A DNA stretch of 64,000 nt, taken from NCBI GenBank assembly GCA_002633005.1, contig NMRA01000008.1, forward strand, positions 1,871,456-1,935,455. The letters run 5' to 3'. The translations under genes were made by a program, and so were the position numbers. Below the pieces are notes generated by a model, which saw nothing but the letters and a program-made list of their open reading frames with translations, was not told the origin of the DNA and made no database searches. Source of the stretch: Phoronis australis (Eukaryota; Animalia; Phoronida). Shown here in pieces: positions 1 to 11,890 of the stretch (positions are counted from its first letter, which is position 1; the number at the start of each line of letters is the position of its first letter).

Positions 1-810
1 TTTTTTTACCAAAGTGTGCTTTGTAAAACTATCTATCTCAGCCAGTACTGTTTGGTCCCGCCACAGATCAACTATGTTTATAGGGATAATAAGCACAGGT
101 GTACTTTTGGTCTCGTGACGGACCAGGCCTTTTTGTGTACTCTCAGTGTACACCTGGTCCCTCTGCGAACTGGTCCTGTTTATATTTTCACCACGATGTA
201 CAGAATGTTTTGGTTTCTTGAAACTGTTTTCAGCTGATTCGTTTCCAGATACATTTGACGTTTTTCAATTGTGGTCAACGTGATTCAGCTTAATAAAGTG
301 ATACCTAATTGTTTATTGTCGCTTTTAATAATATACTATGAGCTGAGAGCACCATCGTTTGCCAGTTTTTCTCATAACTAGACAGAACACATGTTTATTT
401 CCAGACTAACAGTACAGGTCTTCGTTCTTAAACAACTTGAGGCTGCTGTTACCCGATCATCTGATATTCAATGTTTTACTCCCCGTCGGGTGCTCCTTAT
501 GCTCTTGAATATTTAGTAGTTGTCTAACCCCCCACACACACCACACTTTTTCATATACGATTTTTCGTATGCTAAAAAGGTGTGTACTAAGCAGATGTTC
601 CAACAAAAATTTTTGCTGGTGGCGTGACTCATACCCAGATGTGCACAAATATGGTTTCACGAAACTTGTGACCCACGTTCATGCGACGAAATCGAGAAGG
701 GTTTTAAATTATCTTAAGAAAAACTCAAGAGACATGTTAAGTGCCAGAAACTTACCAGGATGCATGGAAATTTCACTATTTGGCTACAAAAACAAAAAAA
801 TGGTCTTACA

Positions 811-922
811 CGGAGGGGGGAAACCCCCCTCCCGACCTCCCCCTCTCGGCGCCACGTGCCTCGGATTCGACCTTTGCGGGAATCCTAAACCCCCCCTTAC
901 TGAAAACGTAGATCCGCCACTG
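811..922. mobile_element. Right end of a non-autonomous DNA transposon (CAGTGGCGGATC-type TIR)
   Basis: Ends in GATCCGCCACTG, the reverse complement of the TIR type at 44388 and 58543, after C/G-run-rich sequence. No left end found. Confidence 0.5.
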
Positions 923-999
923 ACTAACACTGACACCCGTTACGATTATTAGAGGATCGCTCCGACTGGAGCCGGCAGCTCCCCAGTGTGGCCTGTCTC

Positions 1000-1222
1000 A
1001 AATTGGCGACCGAATAGCGTAGTGTTCAATACTGCAACATGTACACATTTATCACAACCAGCTTTAGAACCAAAACAAGTGTGCAGCAGGCGTCGTTTAT
1101 TGGAGTTTAGTCTGTTAGAATTAAAGATAGATTGATGCACGTAAGGACATTATGAATTTACTTGCTACTGTCGTACTTAATTGCTGTATACACCGTGCTT
1201 TTTATTTTTGAATTGTTTTCAG
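1000..1222 (+). other. Probable PDCD4 non-coding first exon (ends 1140) and 82-nt 5' UTR intron (1141-1222)
   Basis: GTAAG donor at 1141. A T-rich tract ends in TTTTCAG at 1222, one base before the ATG. CpG-rich segment at ~950-1100. The start coordinate is approximate. Confidence 0.6.
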
Positions 1223-1223
1223 A

Positions 1224-4200
1224 ATGGCTGCTGCATTCGATCAATTTGAGACTGAAGTTGAAATGGCCGAGGGTGAAGGGGAAAATGGCGACAAAAAAAA
1301 CGTGCAGTCCAATCGCGGAGACGGTGATTTTGAAGAGGAGTCAGTCGATGTCAATAAGGCCGAAAGGAAAATACTTAGGGCTAAAAAGTTGGTGCGTCGA
1401 AGTCCAAGTAAAGAAGAGGGAATATCCAATGGGACTGTTCCTTTGAAAGTTGCACTCCTTGGGTCAAAAAATAGTCGCAAATCGCGGACAGGTCGACGTG
1501 GTCTTCCTAAAAAAGGTAAATCTCTAAACGTCCGAGCTCAATAAAAGTTCATTATAATGGAAATGTTCTTTATTTTAAACTTTATTCCATTCATGTGTAT
1601 GTAGAACTAAGGTGCTGTGTAAATTCAGCTACTTGGTACCTGAATTATTGATCAAATAATATCAGTTTGTGATGTTTTGTATGACCTAATTAGTTGACCT
1701 AGAATACCTCGATGCTAAACCATGTTTCAGAGAGGAAATATCTCCTTCAAATCTGTATTTTTGCACTGCTCTGATCTCGATATTAGTCAAAGCAGTGTTC
1801 TTTATTTTTGTTTCAGTGTAAAATGAATACTTTTGATGTGAAATATGCGAATAATATTCAATTGTCTCACAGCACTAATTAGGTCAAGCTGAAGTGGCAA
1901 ACTTAGTTAAAATAAATACAAGTTATCTGCAATTTATCCTCCTGTTGAGGCAATCAGTGAACTCCATGTGGTCTAAAGTCTTACCAAGAATGTTAGTAGT
2001 AACTTGAGCTATTAAAAAACAAAGCATGATACAAAAAGATGGTTTCAAAGATAATGCCATAGGGGACTAATTAGGGTAGTCACAGAGCCAATGGTGTTTT
2101 TCTCATGTCTCACTGAAAAAGTTCCGTTGCTATTGAAGAAATCCTGCTTGTAAAGTGGACAGGCAAGAAGAAAATGAATAACCTAGTGTGCGTAGTCATG
2201 CTTCTGAAATTCTTTGTAATTATTTACAAGGACTGCCTGGCCTTCTGTTGTTGTCCTGGTTGCACACACTTTATTTTGCTCATGTTCAATCAATAAAGAT
2301 CATATTTAGACGATAACACGCAGGTATTATGCGTTTTATTCAGTTGAACAAGCAAGACGAATGAACGTCGTCTGAAACAATAAGGGAAATATAAATACCG
2401 GCAAATGCAATTTATAAAGTAAAAAGAACGGAACTAAGAAGAGAGAACACAGATGATGGTATACTCATGCAGCTAGTAACGTGGTAATCTTACCAGCACT
2501 TAGTCACAGCGGAAGTAGACTTGAAATTTATAAACAAATAATATGGCATCTTAGTAACCACAAGTAGCATTGTCTACAGAGCTTATTCGCTAACTTTCGT
2601 TAGCAATTGATTGAAAGCTTCATCCTCAGGTTTTTTTTATTGTTATTCCTCAGTCATATGCCCTATTTATACTATTTTTGAATCTGTGTCCTTGTCCACA
2701 ACGTGGCTTCTCAATATTTCAAACAACAACAATGAGTACAGGTACCCCCATATTTTTGACTGTCCTTGTGTGCTACATTTGAAAAATGTTGTTTTTCCGC
2801 CTAAGTTGCCAAACACTGTCAAACAAAAGTTCATAGTTTACCATAAAAGTTTCTCAGTGATTGCTAGCACACACCAGTTGTCCAAATTCACCAAAACTCT
2901 GTGTTTAATTGTATGTGCGTGCACAAAGTTTGCTGGTATTTGCTCCTTGTAGACAAAGCTTAATGCTTTAAACGTTTAATTCTTTGACTGTAATCCTATA
3001 GTCAGGTCTAGCTTTTGATTAGCTGGCTTTTTGGGCAAGTGAAAATTTTCAGTTGCCCAAACAGGGTCCTCAATTACCCGAGGGGAATGGTGAATGTGCC
3101 TTCTGAAAGGGGAATTTTTGGGAAGAGTGGAAAATTCTCCCCCCCTTCCAGTCACCATCAATAGCACCCCCGCCCCTGTTGCAAGTTCTCATAGGCTCTG
3201 CCGCAAATACCTAAAACTAACATTTTGCACTCATTCAAATTGTCACTTGTTACAAGTGATTCCAACCTCAAGGGGAATTTTTCAATCACTTGCGGGGAAT
3301 TTTTGGGCCTCATGAGGGGAATTCCGCGTGATTTTTCAATATTTTTAGAAGGGAATGGGGCCAATGTTCGGCCCCAAAATCGAGGGACTGAGGGCTCTGC
3401 CAAAGGAAAAACTTGCTTGCCCAAATTACTGAGTTTTAAAGCCTTCAAATCAACAGTTCACCCAAACATTTGTAAATTGTGTTGTTTGTCATTAGATCTG
3501 GATATATAAATTCATTGTTCAACTCAACTGTTAGCCGTTGGGCATGCTACTTTCAAATTTCACTTGCCTGCTGTCGGGGTACTGTTAGAGTCAAGTCCTG
3601 ATACTATTAGAAAGTAGGGAAATTTAAACTGCTTAGGCTTGCCTAGAATATAAAGATAGAATTGTGGAATATCAGAGTTCATGAGATATTACTTTTTGTC
3701 TTTGAGATTTGGCCATGCAGAAGTCATTTAAGTCTTATTTTCTCTTCATGATAGAGTTGTGTGCTGGATAATTACTTACTGTTACTTCTGAACATTCCCT
3801 TTAGGAGGCGCTGGCGGGAAAGGTACTTGGGGTAAACCTGGTTCTGAGCTATTTGCAGAGGATAAGGCAGTTGATGTGCGTGACCCCAACTACGACTCGG
3901 ATAATCAGGTGAGGGTTCTCTGTCTTTCTTACAGTGATAGCCCAAGGCTGCATTTTTTTCTTATTTGACGCAGCAATCCAGCTGAACAGACCCACATTGG
4001 CTTAGTGTGTGTCAACATTGACACATTTCAGCACTGGACGCTTAGCTAAACACCAAGTCGCATTTGGCGACCTGGAAAAAATCACAGGTCGCCAAACGAA
4101 ATGTGAGTTCACCAAAACTGAAAATCTTGTATGTTCAAATCAATTGCAAGGTTTCCTATTCTATCGGGCATATAACAGTTCACCGACAAAAAAGAAAAAC

Positions 4201-7200
4201 GAACGGCTGTATCGACACCCACACCTCCCATTTTCCTCGTAAATGCCTAAGTACTTAGTGTAGGCATACTTTCATTCTCAAACTCAAGTTCTCCCGCCGG
4301 TGAACGAACATAGAACGTAGACGACCGCATGGGCTGGTGGTGCGAATTTCGCCGATTTTACCCGATTTTTACCAAACAATTCCGACTTCTGTCTCTGTTT
4401 ACTTCCTGTTGTAATTAAAGCGTGGTGGCAAATGCAAGATTTCACAAAGTCAACTGAACAATTGTGAATTGTCGTTTGTATTTGAGCGTCATTCTTTAAT
4501 TTGGGATGCCCAATATTGCTTATTTCGAACATTGCTTCGACCTTGAGCAAAGCGATTAATTTTCACTGTACGAAACTAAAGATTATGACACCATTTTTGT
4601 CGAAAACCCAGTGAACTGAACACTCATGGCATAATGATATGCTAGAGGATTCGCAATCACTTTCATATTACTCCAATGTCCAATTGATATGTATAACGGC
4701 ATGATACAATTTTCCGTGTATATGGAGGTACTAGTAATTCATACTCTTGCAGTTGTTGATTTCTCTTTTCCGTGTATATGGAGGTACTAGTAATTCATGC
4801 TCATGCAGTTGTTGATTTCTCTTTTCCGTGTATGTGGAGGTACTAGTAATTCATACTTATGCAGTTGTTGATTTCTCTTTTCCGTGTATATGGAGGTACT
4901 AGTAATTCATGCTCATGCAGTTGTTGATTTCTCTTTTCCGTGTATATGGAGGTACTAGTAATTCATGCTCATGCAGTTGTTGATTTCTCTTTTCTAGGAT
5001 GTTGTTGTCGAGGCCATGGAACCTGAGTTAACTGAAGAAGAGTTTAATAAGGCAGCTTATGTCATTCTGGCTGAATATCTGGAGCATGGTGATACCAATG
5101 AAGTCGCTGTAAGTCACTTCTGCCAGAAAAAGCGAGCTTTTCTTTTGTTTCCGGGTTTATACAGGTGTGCTACTCAAGCGTTAAACAACGATCAGCATCT
5201 GGGTTTTAGTATGGGTAACATGTATGAAGTTGACACTACAGCAAGTTTGGCAGTAATCACGTGCAGGGTCCTGGATTTTGAGAACAAATTTGATGCCCGT
5301 TATTTAGTACGGAAAACTGGTTCTCACATTATGGAACCCCTGTAAGTGACTGTGATGTTGTTGTTCTTGATTGTCGTACTGATGTCAGATACAAAAACAA
5401 TGCTTGGTATTTTAGTTCCCATTGGCAAGAGTGTTATGGGACACTTTCTGAAGATTTGTGAAATTTAAGAGTTTTGTCCATGTCCATTGTGTGAAACGTG
5501 AAAAAATGAAATTGATGACAGTTTCCATTTTCAAGTTATCGTTTGAAGCACTGAGCAATTTACGTTCGGTTCAACCTGTATTTTGCTCTTGGTTATTCAG
5601 CGCAGTTTAAATGCTGGGAAGCTTTGTGTAACTCTTGTCAAAAGCTGAGCCAAAGATAACCAGACCATCATAGTCGCAAAAATAACCTTTGACATTGAAT
5701 GGTCTAGTTGAACGTACAAGAATCCTGCATCGTTATTTGTAACTTGTTATGCATTCCTTTGAAATCTTTAAGTTTGTTTATGCTTGGCCAATTGTGGACT
5801 TCTGTTTGCAACTTTTTTTAATTTCCATTGAGTCCCTGATGGTGCAGACTCATGAATGCCATTTCTAATTAGCTGCCTTAACGAGGAAATTTGAGTTGTT
5901 TTGTCTGATTACTTTTGCCTTGTACTGTGTCTCACACTGTGCAATTGTTTCCTGTAGGAGAGTTTGAGTGAGCTGAACATTGGCCCTCACGTCCACCATA
6001 TCCCTGTAGTAGCGGTCAACATCGCATTGGACAGAAAGAACACTCATCGAGAAATGATCTCAGTTCTTTTGTCAGATCTATACGGAAGGCTACTGGAGCA
6101 GGAGGACTTTTCCAAGAGCTTTGACGAACTCATTACGGATTTGCCTGACCTTAAAGTGGATTGCCCAACAGCACCGGTTGTAAGTTAGCTCTTAATTTTT
6201 TCAGCAATTTTCAAAATTTCATAAAACCCATGACATTCTCCTGTATTCTTGGAAGCTTCCTTGAAGTTACCTGATTATAGAAACCAATTGCTAGTATCGT
6301 AGTAAGGAATGTTTTGAGACTATTTTTAATAGGTAATCCGTCTCTTTCATGGTTTATGCATTTTTGTACCAAGGAAGAAAGTCCCCTTTGATTCTGTGGT
6401 AAGTGACTTTCTCTTCTGGTATGACTTTTTTAGATCATTGGTCAGTTTGTTGCCCGGGCCATTGCTGATGACTGCCTGCCGCCCAAATACATCCAAAGTT
6501 GGAAAGGGAAGGTGGAATGTGATGCTGCCAGGTAATACAATGTAGTGTAATAGCATGACTGGCGCATTACAAATATGTTTTTGCGAGAAAGGCAATGTCA
6601 CGTGAGTTTACGCAAGACATTGCCATAGAAATGAAGCAAGTACTAGCTTTTTCTCATAATGAGTTTCTTGTATTCAAAGCGTGGAATTTTCCTCTTGTAA
6701 GAGAATTTGCTCTTTTTTGGTTTGGATTTCCTCTTTATTTGATTTCCAGTTTCCTTTCTCGTTGTCTCTTTTTTATCATTATTTTGCATTTATTCATTCA
6801 CAAACGTTTATTGTAGTTAAATTTTACAACACAAAAAATATTGTCTTACAACCCTACTTATTTGTGGAACGATACATCACCTGGAAAATTTTCCTCTTTT
6901 CTGTCATTGATCATTCCAAGCCCTGTTGTATTGCGGAATTGGCCCCAGATCTTTTCATGTGGTTTATAATCTGATGATATTTCATGTTGGGTAATTTTTC
7001 ACTGCTATTTATTGGTTGCTATTTGTTGTTAAAATAAGGTTACAGCGAGAAAATCAGTTTTTTACATGGAAAATGTTGGCGCGATATCTCAAGAAGGATC
7101 CTGTACAGTTTCGTCATGCTATATTCTGAGGTGAAGGTTCTGTTAGTACCTGCTTTTGGGGGATTACTGTGTGACTAATGCTTGTTTTGTTTGGTGCTGT

Positions 7201-10200
7201 GCTCTGCTGTAACAAAAGTAACCTGTTGGACGATTTGATTACACGGGTTTGTGGAAATTATCAGGCTTTTTTACTCATCTTTTCATGAAGACAGTGGAAT
7301 TAGGTCCACACCATGCAAGCCTTTGAAGAATGCGTCTAGTGCGGTCCTGTTAAGTATGTCTCCGAAGTTGGTGCGGATAAACCAACTTACGCATGATTCG
7401 TCATTTTTGCCTCGGTCCCAAAAGTGACGGATTATTCAAGGTGTGCTGTATCTTAATTAGGAGACCATATAACTGAGGAAAAGAATACTTTATCTCGTCT
7501 GGATGTAATCATTTATTTGCTTTCTCTGTATGGTTACACGTCTTCTATATCTGGCACATTTTGTTGTAGGGCGGCATTGGAAAGAGCTGATGTTTTGCTG
7601 AGCATGAAACACGGCATCGTGCGCTTGGACAATGTGTGGGGTGTCGGTGGAGGAATAAGGCCTGTTAAATCATTGATTAAAAAGGTAAATCTTCATCCCA
7701 CATGAAATATTACATAACGTAATACTCATGTAAGTTGGCTCTAGCCAGACTGAGAGGTTTTATACGAGTCATGAAGGTAGAACCTGACTTACTTGAAGGG
7801 CCAGTGCATAAACTGGCGCCATCTCTGAGTTCAGTGAAGATCCAACTTATGCACGTAAAGTGACTGTAAACCTATGTTCCATCCGAGAACTTTTGATTTA
7901 CTAGTAGGCCACTTACTGCTATAAAATAGTTTTGACTTATCCCTTACTAAGGTGAGAAGTGATTTCAGGGTTTGCGAACAGTTGACAGCTTGTTAGTGCT
8001 TGACGCCTGCATGTGTGATGCATAAAGTAACATGCTGCGACAAGCCAACTTATGCTCGATCTTAAGAAACACTTGTGTTTCCAAGTCCTGAAATCACCTC
8101 CAATTTGACTGAGGACTATTTTGAGACAAATTTCATAATTGTAAGTCCTATGATGGAGGGGATGTTTATAGCAGCTTTAGTGAAGGAAACAAAATAAACA
8201 TGTGTTAAATCGGAGCTTTCTGTGTCCTCAAGCAGTAACTATTAGTCACTCCTCCTAAAGCTTACAAAGCTCTTTGAATATGAGATTAGTTTTAATTGGA
8301 CTCATTTTATTAGTGTTAATTGCCTAATTTCAAAACTTATGTTTTTGACATCGGATGTCACTGAAGGCAGGTGCATTGGTCTTAAAAAGCTGCAATAAAT
8401 GTGCGGTTTCTGTCAAAAACAAACTTGATTATTAGAGGCCACTTACCTGTTACAATGGACCACTTGCCCGTTTACAAACTTTACTGAAAAGTGGGACAAA
8501 ATCGCCATCTTTTTGCATAACCTTGCGTAAGGTCTATAGCCTAGCGTGTGGAAAACCAGCTCGAGGTCTTCAAAACCTCAAGCGAATTCCCACGTTCCAG
8601 CACCAGGTTATCACCATGACGACAAGGCAAGTGGGACAAAAATCCACCTTGCGAAAGGTGTGTTGATCTCGCATTGTTCCTTACTCAAATGACAACTCAT
8701 TTCTCGATTTGCTTCATAAAATGTTGGTTAATTTCCTTGTCATGCCTGCTTAGTTTCATTCAGTAATGCAGTATGTTTGGCAAGGGAACTCCATACGTTA
8801 AATACGCCTATAAAAAGTTGTGTTTTTTTGACACTGGAATACTTGATTTGCAACAGCTTAAAGAATGTTTGGGATACATGCACTTTTGATACTCTTATGG
8901 ATGCTGATAAAATTGGTTTTAATCCTTGTTTGCTCTGTTGTCTGACAGATAGTGATGCTGGTGAAGGAGTACTTAAGTGCCAGTGACATCCCAGAGGCGA
9001 CTCAATGTTTGAAGGACCTCGAGGTCCCTCATTTTCATCATGAGCTTATTTATGAGGTACGTGACTAAGAGGCCCATCAGTCCTAGATAGTTCTCGGTGT
9101 TGTCTCAAAGCCCGTGAAAAGGGCGGAAAGGAACTAAACACTGCAATCTGAATAAGAAGTATGATGCCACATTCGAGGCATGCTTCAGCCTAAGTTGCTT
9201 GCCGTCGCCCATCGTCATAGTATACAACTCGAAGTCAAAAGAAAAGAGAGAAATCCGTAGTTTGCTTGATTGGACAGAAGAAACATTTTTCGCTCAAAAC
9301 TTGTGAATTCCATTTCATTACTGTATTAGCTACAAACAGGCTTATGTTGAATTTTCATTTATGGCCTTTTACCCTGCATATTTTTCCATTTCCTTGATCA
9401 TCAAAGACTTTAAAAATCTATAGTTTTATGTGTCTGCTATAAATTCTTCAAAAGTTACTCAAGAAACTGATCCTTTGTAATGAAGGTATTCTATTACCAT
9501 AAAAGCATGTGCTAGTTAAAAGATGGCTTAACAATGATGGCTTTCTGTTGTTCTTACAGGGCACAATGATTGTGTTGGAAGACAGTGGCGAACGGTCTGC
9601 CCAGCAGATGGCGAAGCTGTTCAAGTCTCTTTGTGATACTGCCATTGTTACACCAGACCAAATGACCAAGGTAATGCAGTCTGCTTGTTGTGTCCATTTT
9701 GAAAGTTCCTACAATGGGGCTGTCAATAAAGAAATAACACCAATTAAAGCCCCCGAGGGTCTGTGTTTGGCAATTTTTATGTTCATAATATTATTTTTTA
9801 ACCTATCCTCCATTTTCATCGTTATCTAGGTTTGGCATGAATACTCGACACTGCTGCATGAATTTTCCTGAGTTGGAATTGACAGCTTGTCATTTTATGT
9901 GCTGGAAAGCTTTCTCATTTGTTTTTTAAACTGTTTCGGTGCCGAGAGTTATTCTAATATGCAGCTGGTGTTTGTTAGTTGTATTCCAAGTTTTATGTTA
10001 AAACCACTTGATGATACTACGAGTCGGTGTTCTTTTTCATGTTTAACTGGGTGCTCTTGATTAATTATTGTGCTTTGTTACTTCTTTTGTTTGTCTACTT
10101 GACTAGCGAAACATGAGACAGCATTGTGGTTGACCTCTCACCAGTTGTTTCATTCACCTTGCAGGGGTTGCAGAGAATCTTTGAGGACTTACCTGACATC

Positions 10201-10811
10201 TGTATTGACGTTCCCAACGCTAACTTCTTGCTGGAGCGTTTTGTCAACATGTGCGCGGATTTGGAATGTGTACCAGATCAAGTCATGAGGGATTTGCCTG
10301 GAAGGTAATAAACAATGCCCCACGTAGCTGGCCTTGATATGTCATTTTTGCCTCGACCACTCGACATCTTGAATTTTATCTCCTGAATGTTCAATGACGC
10401 AGTGTGCAGAGAACACAGTGATTTCTGTTTCCGAGTGCGAATACCTTGGGATATTCTCAATCCAACTCTCCTCTTTCACGGAGGTATAATCTTTGTGAGT
10501 CCCTTACTTTTCAAAATCACAGTGAGGAATTTCTTAGTTGATTATCAAGAGAAACACATTCAGCACTGATGTTCACTCTTTTTACCACATTTTGGGTGTC
10601 GCCATTGCAACTCAAAATACAATGGATTACAATGAATCAAGTGGTAGTTGCCTTTTTGTTTGTTCTTATCTTGATATACATCTTACCTTACTTTTTCCGA
10701 ATAATATTTTTCAGAGGCAGAAAGCGTTTTGTGTCCGAGGGTGACGGTGGCCTCGTGAAAGATATGCCACCGTTCCGAGTGGTGGGGGTGGTGAAGGAGA
10801 ACCCTGTCTAA
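1224..10811 (+). CDS. PDCD4: Programmed cell death protein 4 (two MA3 domains, eIF4A inhibitor), ~465 aa, 10 coding exons
   Basis: Exons 1224-1515, 3805-3908, 4998-5108, 5958-6179, 6434-6531, 7570-7684, 8949-9056, 9560-9670, 10165-10304, 10715-10811. All introns are GT-AG with compatible phases (1398 nt). Diagnostic motifs: [75 protein letters not shown]. Confidence 0.97.
3062..3399. mobile_element. MITE with CAG...CTG termini and 5-bp TSD (hAT5-like)
   Basis: Imperfect TIRs CAGGGTCCTCA / TGAGGGCTCTG. CCAAA directly flanks both sides (3057-3061, 3400-3404). Many internal GGGGAATT motifs. Confidence 0.75.
4029..4618. mobile_element. Probable degenerate DNA-transposon remnant in the PDCD4 intron between exons 3805-3908 and 4998-5108
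   Basis: CpG-rich block with a 12-bp inverted repeat TTTGGCGACCTG/CAGGTCGCCAAA and loosely matching ends. No TSD; boundaries uncertain. Confidence 0.3.
4711..4990. repeat. Tandem repeat, 56 bp x 5
   Basis: Unit TTTCCGTGTATATGGAGGTACTAGTAATTCATRCTYWTGCAGTTGTTGATTTCTCT starts at 4711, 4767, 4823, 4879 and 4935. It abuts the acceptor TTTCTAG (4991-4997). Confidence 0.95.
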
Positions 10812-11884
10812 TTCGTGTGTAGCCAACTGGGCCTAGTGTCTAGGTTATTAAGTGACCAATTGTGCAGATTGTGCCACATTTTATGGGTAATTAAAGCAAG
10901 TTCAAGGAATGGATTTGTGAATTCTTGTGGTTTGATCTTTTTGAGCTTTGTTTTCACCTATTCTGAAAATTATAACAAAGTAAAATAATAGATCTTTTTC
11001 AATAACTTCACATTTTATAGGACTTTTACGTGATCATAATTCACATAAACTGTTTTGTTTTTAAGACCTTTTTCTGCCAATACATAGATTTGTCTCCAGT
11101 TTAGACACCTTGAAGACATCAGTTGAGGTCATCACCACCTGTCACTGGAAGCAATTGTCTCCCAAAATGTATGTTTCCACATATACATGGTTGCACATTC
11201 TTGCTGTCGTCTGTGGTTGCCTTGCATTCAGCATCTTCTGGTCTATCTTCCAAATCCTTTATGGATCTTTGGAATATTATTTTGCAGACTTGTTCATGTT
11301 ATTGAGAAGAGAGCACACACTAGGTGTTGATTCTTGTAGCAATTTTCTGTTTTTGCGCCTGTCCCGCATCTATGATGGGTTTTCATGAAATATACCAGAT
11401 AGGCATCTATGGACAATTCCTGCCCATTTGTGCCCACATATGACTCTTGTGCACCCCTTAAAGGCAATTTTAGTAATTTTGTTTCATTTTTCGTTCTGCT
11501 GCTCTGTATCTGCAAAACTTCTTGAAAGGTCATCGTGAAGTATGTATTAAAAATTTTTTAATGGAGTATTGAGAGGTGATTTTTGGACTCGTTGGAGAAT
11601 TTAACTGTTCCCTCTGTTTTTATTTGTTTGTCTGAATAACTGCTAAAAGGATCTGATGTTTATCTGTTAAGGAGACAACAACACATGCTGCTCCCCCTAG
11701 TGGGAATTTTAGTATTTTATGTTTAGTTTTTGGCGTTCTCTCTGTCTCACAAAGCTCTTCAAAAGCCGTAGTGAAATTCCGCAGATATTGTCGACGTTTG
11801 CAGATTGTTTAGAAGGGTGTATTCAGCCGCGTTTCCTCAAACACAATAGTGCGTCCTTCCTACTTATTGCCTTTGGCAAGGCAA

Positions 11885-11890
11885 AATAAA
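11885..11890 (+). promoter_or_regulatory. Candidate PDCD4 polyadenylation signal AATAAA
   Basis: AATAAA ~1.07 kb after the stop codon, at the end of T-rich UTR-like sequence and followed by TG/T-rich sequence. Confidence 0.45.

Noticed and set aside
16-1140. Short ORFs upstream of PDCD4 (e.g. 569-952, 127 aa)
   Set aside because: No recognisable domain; the Pro/Gly-rich part is just a translated MITE end.
2590-2632. Hammerhead-like CUGAGGA...GAAA on the minus strand, and other CUGANGA hits
   Set aside because: No stem II closing directly onto GAAA and no matching stems I/III in the hits I examined.
4220-4270. HDV-like ribozyme candidate (TTT-TCCTCGT-AAA resembles P3/L3)
   Set aside because: No P1/P1.1 GG, P4 or J4/2 elements; the downstream sequence folds as a simple ATGCCTA/TAGGCAT hairpin.
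4711-4990. Regular repeat that might resemble a CRISPR array
   Set aside because: Head-to-tail units with no unique spacers, in a eukaryotic intron with no cas genes.
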